Position numbers and translations under genes: made by a program. The notes below the pieces were generated by a model. The model saw only the letters and a program-made list of their open reading frames with translations. It did not search any database and was not told where the DNA came from. Below, one piece after another: positions 50,232-59,410 of a stretch of DNA of 64,000 nt. Each line of letters opens with the position of its first letter. Positions within the stretch are counted from its first letter, which is position 1. Source of the stretch: Promethearchaeati archaeon SRVP18_Atabeyarchaeia-1 (GTDB lineage Archaea > Asgardarchaeota > Atabeyarchaeia > Atabeyarchaeales > Atabeyarchaeaceae); the NCBI GenBank assembly GCA_037308085.1, contig CP147779.1, forward strand, positions 2,016,001-2,080,000. The letters run 5' to 3'.

Positions 50232-51149
50232 GTGCTTAAACTGACTATGCCCGTCGATCCGTTCCTCTATTTTCTTGGCATAGTCCTGGCGCTTGTCGAT
50301 GGTTTTCTAAACAATATCGGAATCCTCTTCCAGAAGCTCGCCATCAACAGGTTGCCAGAGGGCAAGAAGGTAACCAAGGGTCTGGTTAAGAACAAGGTGT
50401 GGCTCTTCGGCTTCATCGTGAATGGCTACTTGCCCCTGATATTCTCCATACCCGCCGTCCTTCTCATAGGTCCAGCCTTGCTCCCTGGGTTGGAGGCCAC
50501 CGGGCTGATTTGGCTGGCTCTGGCCTCGGTGAAATACCTGAAGGAGAGGCTCAGAGCTTCGGAGGTAGTTGGGATTTTCCTCATGGTTGCCTCAATCTTC
50601 GCTCTTGCATACAGCGGATTAGAGATCGACATTAGCGACTACCAGTACCTGATAGGTACGGAATTCTTCGTAAGGCTCGTCGTCTTCACGGTAATCATTG
50701 CTGCGCTTTCCTTTGTGTGTTTTGCCCTGCGCAGAACTGGCGCACGAAGGAAAGATGTCCTATACGCAACTGATTCAGGTTTGTTAACGGTGCTGAACAA
50801 CTTCTATTTTTCCCTGATAATGGCGATGGTTGCTCGCATCCTCTCTGGAGCCTTTGCGCCGACCGAACTAGCCATGTTCATCACCGCAATAGTGATTACT
50901 CCGCCATGCGAGATTATGGGAATCCACAGACTGCAGAAGGCATTTGAGTTTGGGCAGGCCAGCAACATGAGGCCCGTCCAGCAGGCGCCAATCCAGATCG
51001 GACCTATTTTCTACTTCTTCTGGATCTACATGCTTATACCGCCTTTCGGCTTGATTTCGGTGCTCCTCGCTGGGATTGCCATCACTTTCATCATTATAGC
51101 CACGGTTCTGCTGTCGGTTAGACAGGCGAGCCTAAGAGAGAAGAAGTAG
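50232..51149 (+). CDS. DMT-superfamily (NIPA-like) membrane protein
   Basis: G..FQK, W.FG, YLKERL..SE..G; about 9 TM. Confidence 0.7.
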   Translation: MLKLTMPVDPFLYFLGIVLALVDGFLNNIGILFQKLAINRLPEGKKVTKGLVKNKVWLFGFIVNGYLPLIFSIPAVLLIGPALLPGLEATGLIWLALASVKYLKERLRASEVVGIFLMVASIFALAYSGLEIDISDYQYLIGTEFFVRLVVFTVIIAALSFVCFALRRTGARRKDVLYATDSGLLTVLNNFYFSLIMAMVARILSGAFAPTELAMFITAIVITPPCEIMGIHRLQKAFEFGQASNMRPVQQAPIQIGPIFYFFWIYMLIPPFGLISVLLAGIAITFIIIATVLLSVRQASLREKK

Positions 51150-51171
51150 CTGATCAGGGGAGTGACCCTAC

Positions 51172-52710
51172 ATGGCAGACAGGTTCAAGCTCGCATACAT
51201 TGGAGCTGGTTCCTTCCGTTTCAGCCTCGGCTTCTTCAGGAATATCGTAAACGCGACCGAGCTACTCCCAATGGAAGTCGCCCTGTGTGACATAGACGCC
51301 TACTCCCTCTCCCTGATGACTAGAATCCTCAGGCGAATGGTGCAAAAGGCAGCGAGAAGAAAGCGCTACCGGGAATCAAACGTTCTTGTCTCGTCGTCTA
51401 CTGATCGCACAACGGCGCTGGAGAACGCGGATTTCGTCTACAAGAGTATTTCAGTTGGGTTGCAGGCAGCAGAGTGGTATGACCTTTACTTGCCGCTCAA
51501 GTTTGGCATACCGCAGAATACGGGTGATACGGTGGGTCCCGGCGGGCTTTTCCGCGGGCTGCGGAGTGCACCCGTATGTGCAGCAATTGCCAAGGACATG
51601 AAAAGGCTGTGCCCAAAAGCTCCCTTGCTGAACTACACGAACCCCGTTTCAAGCTGCACCCTGGCTGCTCGAACCGTTGCACCCGACGTTCAATTCATCG
51701 GCCTCTGCCATGAGCTATTCAATGGAATGAAGGTGCTGAGACGGTTCTACAACAAGAGAGCCCGGAAGCACATCAAGCACTGGAGAGACATACGTGTCGA
51801 ATATGCTGGACTGAACCATTTCGGGTGGCTCACAGGAATCGAATATGAGGAGGAAGATCTATACCCAGTTCTCCGCGAAAACGCTCATCAACTTGTTCTC
51901 GACCGTTTCCGCGGCAGGGATGCCGCCAATGGCTTCAACTTCTACTTGCTTGAGAAGACAGGTTGCTTCCCGTACCCAGGCGCGCGTCACGTGGTCGAGT
52001 TCCTGCCAGACTACTATAACGCGTTCAACCACGAGAAACAGAACCAATGCCCTTATTGGAGCTTCCCCGAAGAGAGGAGCGTCTGGAGGGTTCACGCTGA
52101 GCGACGACTCGTATACTCTGCCTTTCACCTGTGGGCAAAGGGGTTGATCCCTGTGCCAGGCCCAAGAAAGGAGGGCGAGTGGGCCATGGAGATGACGATG
52201 GACTGGCGAAGAGACCAGCCGACTGAGTACGTCGTCAACATCCCAAACAACGGCACCGTGCCGGAGCTGCCTGACAACTGCATTGTCGAGGTGCCAGGCA
52301 GCTTCGAGGATGGCAGGATGAGAGCTGTGAGAAAGATCCATGTTCCGAAGAAGGTCGCCGGCTACCTTGTCCCGCACTGCGAGCAGCAGCCTCTCACCGT
52401 CAAGGCTGCCCTTGGCAACGATCCCGACCTCGTGGTCAAGGCAATGCTCCACGACCCTATGAGCGGTTGGATTGAAGACGAAGAGAAGATCAAGTATCTG
52501 ACAAACCTAATGCTCTTCTATGAGCAGAAGTGGCTGCCCGAGGAGTGGAGGGAATGGATTCCAAAGAAAGAGGAACTCAAAGCATCAAAGTACTGGGTCG
52601 CCCCCGCCGAATTGTCGACTAAAGGCAATGCGTTCCTAGTGAAGAAGTTTCTGCCAAGAGAGGATCTCGTGTCGAAGGCATTCTTCTGGCGTAACCGATT
52701 GATACACTGA
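51172..52710 (+). CDS. Glycoside hydrolase family 4 (alpha-galactosidase-like)
   Basis: IGAGS, GDTVGPGG..RGLR, LNYTNP, GLCH, GLNH, NIPN.G, VEVP. Confidence 0.9.
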   Translation: MADRFKLAYIGAGSFRFSLGFFRNIVNATELLPMEVALCDIDAYSLSLMTRILRRMVQKAARRKRYRESNVLVSSSTDRTTALENADFVYKSISVGLQAAEWYDLYLPLKFGIPQNTGDTVGPGGLFRGLRSAPVCAAIAKDMKRLCPKAPLLNYTNPVSSCTLAARTVAPDVQFIGLCHELFNGMKVLRRFYNKRARKHIKHWRDIRVEYAGLNHFGWLTGIEYEEEDLYPVLRENAHQLVLDRFRGRDAANGFNFYLLEKTGCFPYPGARHVVEFLPDYYNAFNHEKQNQCPYWSFPEERSVWRVHAERRLVYSAFHLWAKGLIPVPGPRKEGEWAMEMTMDWRRDQPTEYVVNIPNNGTVPELPDNCIVEVPGSFEDGRMRAVRKIHVPKKVAGYLVPHCEQQPLTVKAALGNDPDLVVKAMLHDPMSGWIEDEEKIKYLTNLMLFYEQKWLPEEWREWIPKKEELKASKYWVAPAELSTKGNAFLVKKFLPREDLVSKAFFWRNRLIH

Positions 52711-52918
52711 ATGTCGATTCGGCACTCGGTTTTTCCCGCGAATTCTTGGCACGCGCTCCCCCCGCGCGCCTTTTTCCTCATACCTCACATCTTCTCCTCG
52801 TACAAGAAACATCCATAGATAACTCTGACCAAGAGACCTGCACTCCACTGGAATCGACGCACCCGGCAATATCTTAATAAGAACCAAGGGAGGAGACAGA
52901 AAACACATCATTTCAACG

Positions 52919-54007
52919 TTGCCTGAGGTGAGCATCATGGGAAAGACCCTAAACGTTGGAGTAATAGGGGCTGGGACTATCTCAAGCTCCCACGTGCGAG
53001 GCTTCCTCAAGGATGGGCGAGCCAGGATTGATGCAGTATGCGACATCTTCGAGAAACACGCAAAGATGAAGGCCGACAGATGGGGGGCGAAGAAAGTCTA
53101 CACAGACTACAGAATGCTTCTGAAGGACACCGAGATAGATATCGTCAACATGTGCCTCACACCCAATCTTCACCACGAGATCGGGGTAGCTGCCCTTGAG
53201 GCTGGGAAACATCTTCTCACAGAGAAACCCATGGCGCTCACTCTGAAGGAGTGCGACGACATGATCGCCGCGGCAAGGAGAAACAACGTGAAGCTGATGG
53301 TTTGCCACAATCAGCTCTTCTGGCCCCCACACCAAGTTGCGAGGGAGCTCGTTGAAAAGGAGATCGGGAAACCAATATCCCTGATGTCGATACTTCATGG
53401 CGGCTGGCCCGCCCACGGATGGAGGGGAGACCCGAGCATCGCGGGGGGAGTTATGATGGAAGCGTTCATCCACAGATTCTACGTCTCAAGGTACCTGATG
53501 GGGGAGGTGAAACGCGTTTCGTGCTTCCTTGGGAAGTCGGTGCCAAGCCTCAAGTCCGAGGATGTCGGTGCGATCTCGCTTCAGTTTCAGAACGGAAGCT
53601 ACGGCACAATCAACGCGAATGTTGGCGGCCCACCCGCAGTCTGGGACGATCGAACCGAAGTTGTGGGAGACAAAGGCATGATTATTGTGAACGGCGTGCA
53701 GGACCAGATTCTGCAGGGTCCACCCCTAATGCACTACAAGGACGGAATGTGGAGAAACTACTGCAACGAGAGAATCCTCGACGAGACAATCGAGGACCTG
53801 AAGATCGGGGCGGAGCAACTGAAGTTCACTACATACGAGCTTGACACCAATTTCCTAAACACATTCTACTATCTGACCAAGCACTTCGTCGACTGCATAC
53901 TCCAAGACAAGACTCCCTCCGTCTCAGGTGAAGAAGGAAGAAGAATAGTGGAGATAATACTGGCGTGCTACGAGTCTGCAGCAACCGAAAAAGCCATCAA
54001 CGTGTAG
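52919..54007 (+). CDS. Gfo/Idh/MocA family oxidoreductase
   Basis: GVIGAG, GKHLLTEKP; paralog of 41014..42102. Confidence 0.92.
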   Translation: MPEVSIMGKTLNVGVIGAGTISSSHVRGFLKDGRARIDAVCDIFEKHAKMKADRWGAKKVYTDYRMLLKDTEIDIVNMCLTPNLHHEIGVAALEAGKHLLTEKPMALTLKECDDMIAAARRNNVKLMVCHNQLFWPPHQVARELVEKEIGKPISLMSILHGGWPAHGWRGDPSIAGGVMMEAFIHRFYVSRYLMGEVKRVSCFLGKSVPSLKSEDVGAISLQFQNGSYGTINANVGGPPAVWDDRTEVVGDKGMIIVNGVQDQILQGPPLMHYKDGMWRNYCNERILDETIEDLKIGAEQLKFTTYELDTNFLNTFYYLTKHFVDCILQDKTPSVSGEEGRRIVEIILACYESAATEKAINV

Positions 54008-54518
54008 GCAAGTCCTGCCCTCTTTGCCTCACCTTTGATGGTTTCGCTAGCCGGCCGACCGCTAGTCCATATCCAACTGCAAGTCCCATCCACGCTGCCC
54101 CAAGAAGGAGAGACAGAAGGAGGATGACGGGATCCAAGAGACCTGCCTGACTATACAGAATATAGGCATAGATGGAGAGCGGGATGTACAGGAACAATGC
54201 TGAGCCCAGCCCGGCTGCGTACCCCTTAGCTCTGGCTGCTCCACCAATGTGGATCAAGGAATTGATGAATATCAGGGCCGCGACGGACAGGCTGTATACC
54301 GGGACGGCGGCATTGATAATAGCGGCCAGAAGGCAGAGAACTATGAAAACCGCGTTGACAAGGAGAAACACACCTTTCGTGATGCCCCGTAGGGGACCGT
54401 ATCTCCTCATCATTTCCACGAAACCCCCAAAGTACTCCTCGAGCACATGTAGTACGGAGGCGCCCAAGGTCAGCCAGAATATGGTTACGACGTTCAAGAA
54501 GTCAAGCAGAGCCATCAT
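53997..54518 (-). CDS. HXXEE domain membrane protein
   Basis: HVLEE, N...H, Y..GL.SA. Confidence 0.85.
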   Translation of the reverse strand: MMALLDFLNVVTIFWLTLGASVLHVLEEYFGGFVEMMRRYGPLRGITKGVFLLVNAVFIVLCLLAAIINAAVPVYSLSVAALIFINSLIHIGGAARAKGYAAGLGSALFLYIPLSIYAYILYSQAGLLDPVILLLSLLLGAAWMGLAVGYGLAVGRLAKPSKVRQRGQDLPTR

Positions 54519-54583
54519 ATCTCCCCGATGGTGCTACCAGAACACAGTTCACTCAATAGTTCGACCCAAGGCCCTACTGGAGA

Positions 54584-54766
54584 TCAGTCACCTCTCGCTT
54601 CCTCCTTCTCAACTGGTTTCAGTTCACTTTCCATTTGCTCAATGACATCCTCCCAGTTGTCAAACCATGCAGCTCTATAACCGTTGGAGTCCTTGACCTC
54701 AACCTTCCACCTGAAGTAGATGTCATCAAGGTACTCGGTGACACCTATTACTCTAAGCTCGTCCAC
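54584..54766 (-). CDS. Small acidic hypothetical protein
   Basis: 60-aa ORF with protein-like composition, upstream of the HXXEE gene. Confidence 0.45.
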   Translation of the reverse strand: MDELRVIGVTEYLDDIYFRWKVEVKDSNGYRAAWFDNWEDVIEQMESELKPVEKEEARGD

Positions 54767-55278
54767 TCCTAAACACCTTCTGAAGCTTCCAAAATAGCAT
54801 TCTAGTTAACACTAGCATTGAAGGCAAATTACCTTTTCCCATTTGCGCATGAACCCGACCAGCTGAACTTGCGAATACTGGGCGGCAAAAAGTTTCCCAG
54901 TTGCGTTCAAACAAAATAAGAACTTAGAAGTCACTCTATGAGCGCGCTTTAATTTCAACTTCCAGTATCCAGTCTGGGAGGTCCTCTCTCGTAGAGCGAC
55001 CTTGATTGAGATTGCACCCAAGACACTGCTGGTCTCAGGATCTGGATGACGATGTCAATATCACGTAGTTGTGGACCAGATTCACCACAGTTGATGGGCT
55101 AATTTCCTCTTGACTCGACGAAATCGATGCGGAAACGCACCCGAATCCTGGATTTGATGGCGAGGGCTTCCGGACCGCGATGAGAACACCTATTTCTCCT
55201 TTTTAGTCTGACTTTTCACTTCAGAAGCGGCTTTCTGAGCCATCTTCCTCAGCATAAAGTAGCTTTCTGGTATCTTCA

Positions 55279-55449
55279 TCATCTAACCCATTCATCTCCT
55301 ATGTCGTTGACGCGTGGATAGTGCGCGCTAGGAGTGAAGGTGAATTTCAGCATGCGTATCTCTGCGTCCGACTTGCTTCGAGTGGAGCCAACAAGTGGCT
55401 TGCCGAGCGGCTCCTGCAGTCTCCTATACACATCATCACTAATCGACAA
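55279..55449 (-). pseudogene. 5' remnant of a paralog of the 4Fe-4S protein at 6637
   Basis: DVYRRLQEPLGKPLVGSTRSKSDAEIRMLKFTFTP aligns to DVYRKLRKHLDEFPIGFPSTKSGVEIRLLKYFFTP; SD-like GGGAGGGG and TATA upstream. Confidence 0.7.
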
Positions 55450-55751
55450 TTCTCACGAATCCCCTCCCTTCTGACGTTCCCTCTCCCAGTCCGGCGACAC
55501 AGCATCGCCGGCTGGCTGTAAAAGACATCTTATACCTCAGTATATAAAGCCATCTCGGGGGGGAGGGGGAGTGAATCTCGAGGGTCAACATAAATTCTGG
55601 GACTGGGGCGCCTCGAACCTAGCTAAGGTCCACCATCGCGCGCGAGAGCCAAAAACAGCTAGCCTTGCGCACTGGATCCTTCGAGGAAGAGAGAAGACTG
55701 GTGGCTTCTTGGACTTTCACATTTAATGTCTCTAATAATGCTTCGCAGGCA

Positions 55752-56894
55752 TTAATCCCGCGGATTCCGGGGGGAGCCTCGAACCTTCAAGGCAACGACC
55801 TCCTGTCCCAGATACTCTGCAGCGGAGGTGACGCGTTTTCCATTCTCTTTTGCGACCTTGTAGACGTCAGCCACTCGCTCTCTGAACAACGGGTCTCTCA
55901 TCAAATGATGGTCATAGATCATTAGCTTTGTTCGGTCGGCTTCTCGGATGATACGGCAAGCGTTATCTATTGCCCTGGCAAACGCGGTCCGACCCACAAC
56001 CACGCCATATAGGTAGGTGGGAGGCCCATCGATGAACAACACATCTGGGTTTTCCCTAATTATCCAGTCAGCGTAATCCTCAATGACAGGACCCTCAAAA
56101 TCAGACGAGTGGAGGAGCTTCACACCGTTATGCTCAACAACAGTTGAAGAAACCCAGCCTAACCTATCATACTCGACTCCATGGAATAGTGGGGGAGAGA
56201 ACCGCAATACCGTGTTCCCAATCTCTACTTTCTTGTCATCAGTGAACATGAACTTCGTGTTTCCGAAGTTCAACTCGGGAATCCACTTGTTGGAGGACCA
56301 CATCCTGCAGAGACTCTTAAACCAATTTCTACCTCTTTCGAGGATCTCGTTTCTACGTTGCTGGTATCCCTTGAAATCCTTGCTCATGGCTAGCTGCATC
56401 GTCTCTTCAGGATCTCCGAAGTCGGCGCTCTGAGGGGAGGTGAGAAACTCGTCCAGCTTGGCTCCGTTCCTATACTTGCCGAGGATCTGGCTGAAGAATG
56501 TTCTAGCCCTCGCCCATTGCGAAAAGTTGATGAATTGGTTCGGGTTCTTCGCGAGGACCAACTTGCCCCGATAAAGGCTTGGGCAGTCAGCCGATCTAAG
56601 GTTAACGCGGCAGTAGTGGTCGTAATGATAGTGCGAAATGACAATGACTTGCGCCTTTCGAGCTGCCTCGCTTATTCTTCTTAGAGCTCTGAGCCTGTAG
56701 AGAGCCTTCTTCAGCCTGGACATCGGAAACCCCTTCTGCATGCCCGATGCGCCGGGATCAATGAGTATGGAGACATCGGGCGTCCAGACTAGAACTGAGC
56801 TGGATTTCGCTCCAAGCGAATCATACCACAAGACTTGAAAATCCAGCCCCTTCAAGCCGGAAACGGTGGCTGTATGGTCACGATCCACAAGCAT
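55752..56894 (-). CDS. MBL-fold metallo-hydrolase (UPF0282-like)
   Basis: DSLGAKS, IDPG, ISHYHYDH, HG...LG.V, SSD..GP, DHH..RD. Confidence 0.85.
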   Translation of the reverse strand: MLVDRDHTATVSGLKGLDFQVLWYDSLGAKSSSVLVWTPDVSILIDPGASGMQKGFPMSRLKKALYRLRALRRISEAARKAQVIVISHYHYDHYCRVNLRSADCPSLYRGKLVLAKNPNQFINFSQWARARTFFSQILGKYRNGAKLDEFLTSPQSADFGDPEETMQLAMSKDFKGYQQRRNEILERGRNWFKSLCRMWSSNKWIPELNFGNTKFMFTDDKKVEIGNTVLRFSPPLFHGVEYDRLGWVSSTVVEHNGVKLLHSSDFEGPVIEDYADWIIRENPDVLFIDGPPTYLYGVVVGRTAFARAIDNACRIIREADRTKLMIYDHHLMRDPLFRERVADVYKVAKENGKRVTSAAEYLGQEVVALKVRGSPRNPRD

Positions 56895-57134
56895 CAAAGG
56901 CTCCCCTAACAACATGATTGAATAGGGCCAAAGCATAAATCACTTCCTAGCATTATCGCGTTCTTCTAGCTCGCATGGCATTCCAGTTGTGGAGCGGGCC
57001 ACAGAGCGTTGGTCCTGGAGTTCCGCCAACGGCTACGCGTGCCTTGCACATTACTGCTCGCCTCCATACATTTATAGGGTGGTCATTCACAAAAAAAGAT
57101 CAGTGTGATAGGTGGAGAGGCGAGAAGGGGGAAG

Positions 57135-59180
57135 ATGAGAAGGCTCTCTTATCGAAGCGCAGGCTCGCTAACCTGCAAAGCAGTTGTCATAATGATCCTC
57201 GCGTTGTCAGTAGTAGCATCACTGCAGCCGCTGCTTGTGACTGCAGGCAAGCATAGCCAGTGGGCAAATCCTGCAGCAATGGCAGTAGTTGGGGGCCAGG
57301 AACCGACGGAAGCGAGCCCCCCAGCAAATGTGACAACGCACTGGACCTACGGCGCGGGCCAATGGGCTGTTTCTTCTCCAGTCATCGCCGACGTGAACCG
57401 AGATGGTAAACTGGAGATAATCGTAGGCTCTATGGACAACAAGGTCTACTGCTTGAATAGTGGAGGCGGATTAGCCTGGACATACACGACTGGGAATTAT
57501 GCCTATAATGTCGGCGCTGTCGCGGACATTGATAACGATAGCAAGGTGGAGGTAGTCTTCGCCTCATGGGATCGCAAGATCTACTGCCTGGATGGAGCAG
57601 GCGGGCAAAAGTGGAACTACACAACGTACCCCAACGTTCCAGGATACTGCCTGTTGGTAGGTTCTCCTACCCTCGCAGACATCGACGGCGACGGCAAGAT
57701 GGAGGTAATCATAGCTTCCGACAAAGTCTGGTGTCTGAATAGTACGGGTGGATTAAAGTGGGCATACAACCTGGGCGAACCTGCCGGGGACTCATGCAAA
57801 GTCGCTGACGTTGACGGGGATGGCAAGATGGAGATAGTGTTCGGGGCATACGACAACAAGGTCTACTGCCTCAACGCAACGGGCAAACTGGAGTGGACAT
57901 ACACAACGGGAGGTGCTGTCAGAACCTCATCTGCAATCGCTGATGTGGACGGAGACGGCAAGACGGAGATAGTCATAGGCTCAACTGACAACAAAACCTA
58001 CTGCCTAGGCGGAACAGGCGGGCTTAAGTGGAGTTTTGAATCTGGAGGCGTGATCTTCTCTTCTCCTGCGACCGCCGATGTTGATCAAGACGGCAAGGTA
58101 GAGATAGTGTTCGGCTCAGATGACAGCAGGGTTTACTGCCTAAGTGGAGTATCCGGCGCAATGAAGTGGAACTACACAACAGGAGGCTATGTCCAGTCTT
58201 CCCCTACAATCGCTGACATTGACGGAGATTCGAGGCTAGAGATAATTATCGGGTCGGACGACCGGCAAGTCTACTGCTTCGACGCGTTCGGCAACGTAGA
58301 GTGGACATACGCAACGGTGGGAAACACCACTACAAAGCCTGCTGTTGCAGATGTGGACGGCGATGGTGCATTGGATCTTGTCGTTGATTCGGATAAGGTA
58401 TACTGCTTCAGCGTTCCTCCAAGTCGTACGAGCTTGATTTGGGGCTCTATGGATGGCTGGACGATCGGGGGTGGCATCGCCCAGTCGTTTGACGGCACAG
58501 CTGGTGGCTGGGTGGAGATCGACATGCAAGTCTCATCTGGGATGTTCAACTTCCTAGTCTTGGACAACAGCGACTGGAGCGCCCACTATAACACTTTTCC
58601 CTACATATTTGATCATCCTTATGCCAATGCCACGGGAGTCACGGGAAACACCACGGTGTTCGTCCAGATTCCTCTGAGCGGGCAGTACTGGATCTACATC
58701 AACACCTATGGTGCACCCATGAACAATAACAGTGCCTCATATCAGGTCTGGCTCTGGAATCAGACTCCACCTAGTCAGACGGGATCTTTGCCTCCAGGCC
58801 AGACGGGATCGACGCCTTCGGGAAGCATTTCGCCACTTGTTGTCTGGCTAGGCGTCGGATCCGTGGGCTTCGCCGTGGTGGCGGTTCTAGCGGTGAGGGG
58901 AAGAAGTAAGGCGGGGAGGTACATCCCCGGTGAAAGCGCGGCGGGCCCAGAAGCGACAGTGGGGACGGCTGGCAGTGATGGGCGGGCAATGCGCGAGTCT
59001 GGTACACCAAGCTTTGGGCGATGCATCGTCTGCGGCATGGAAATTCGCCGAGGAGAGATGCTTGTCACATGCGCTTCGTGCGGAAGCATGGCCCACAGAC
59101 TGCACATGCTGGAATGGTTACACGTCCATGATTACTGCCCGGCCTGCGGAAAGCACCTAGATGAGCGATCTCTCACGTGA
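57135..59180 (+). CDS. Single-pass receptor-like protein: signal peptide, 8 FG-GAP/Ca-blade repeats, beta-sandwich, TM, cytoplasmic RING-like finger
   Basis: 8x ADxDxDGxxE..GS.D..VYC; TM LVVWLGVGSVGFAVVAVLAV then RGRSK; CIVC-x12-CASC-x4-HRLH-MLEW..CPAC. Confidence 0.85.
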   Translation: MRRLSYRSAGSLTCKAVVIMILALSVVASLQPLLVTAGKHSQWANPAAMAVVGGQEPTEASPPANVTTHWTYGAGQWAVSSPVIADVNRDGKLEIIVGSMDNKVYCLNSGGGLAWTYTTGNYAYNVGAVADIDNDSKVEVVFASWDRKIYCLDGAGGQKWNYTTYPNVPGYCLLVGSPTLADIDGDGKMEVIIASDKVWCLNSTGGLKWAYNLGEPAGDSCKVADVDGDGKMEIVFGAYDNKVYCLNATGKLEWTYTTGGAVRTSSAIADVDGDGKTEIVIGSTDNKTYCLGGTGGLKWSFESGGVIFSSPATADVDQDGKVEIVFGSDDSRVYCLSGVSGAMKWNYTTGGYVQSSPTIADIDGDSRLEIIIGSDDRQVYCFDAFGNVEWTYATVGNTTTKPAVADVDGDGALDLVVDSDKVYCFSVPPSRTSLIWGSMDGWTIGGGIAQSFDGTAGGWVEIDMQVSSGMFNFLVLDNSDWSAHYNTFPYIFDHPYANATGVTGNTTVFVQIPLSGQYWIYINTYGAPMNNNSASYQVWLWNQTPPSQTGSLPPGQTGSTPSGSISPLVVWLGVGSVGFAVVAVLAVRGRSKAGRYIPGESAAGPEATVGTAGSDGRAMRESGTPSFGRCIVCGMEIRRGEMLVTCASCGSMAHRLHMLEWLHVHDYCPACGKHLDERSLT

Positions 59181-59410
59181 CACTCATGGCTGCCTTGATG
59201 CCTTTCAGGAGTTCAGCGAGAAATTCATGGAGTCCGCAACAGCGCGCGCCATGAGAATAGCCGCCTGGCTGAGGCGGCAGCGGCTTTTGCATGTTCAGAA
59301 AGATGACAGCCAAAGCATTATTAGGAGGGTGCTCGAAAAGTCCCACCAATCTGAGTACGAAAGTGGTGGAAGAGACAGGAATACTGTTCAAAATGGAGGT
59401 CCATTGAACG

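Noticed and set aside
55410-55449. SISDDVYRRL as a VapB-like antitoxin start
   Set aside because: Longer alignment to the N-terminus of the 4Fe-4S protein at 6637 explains it better
57370-58410. Periodic DNA repeats resembling an array
   Set aside because: They are degenerate in-frame FG-GAP protein repeats, not CRISPR repeats
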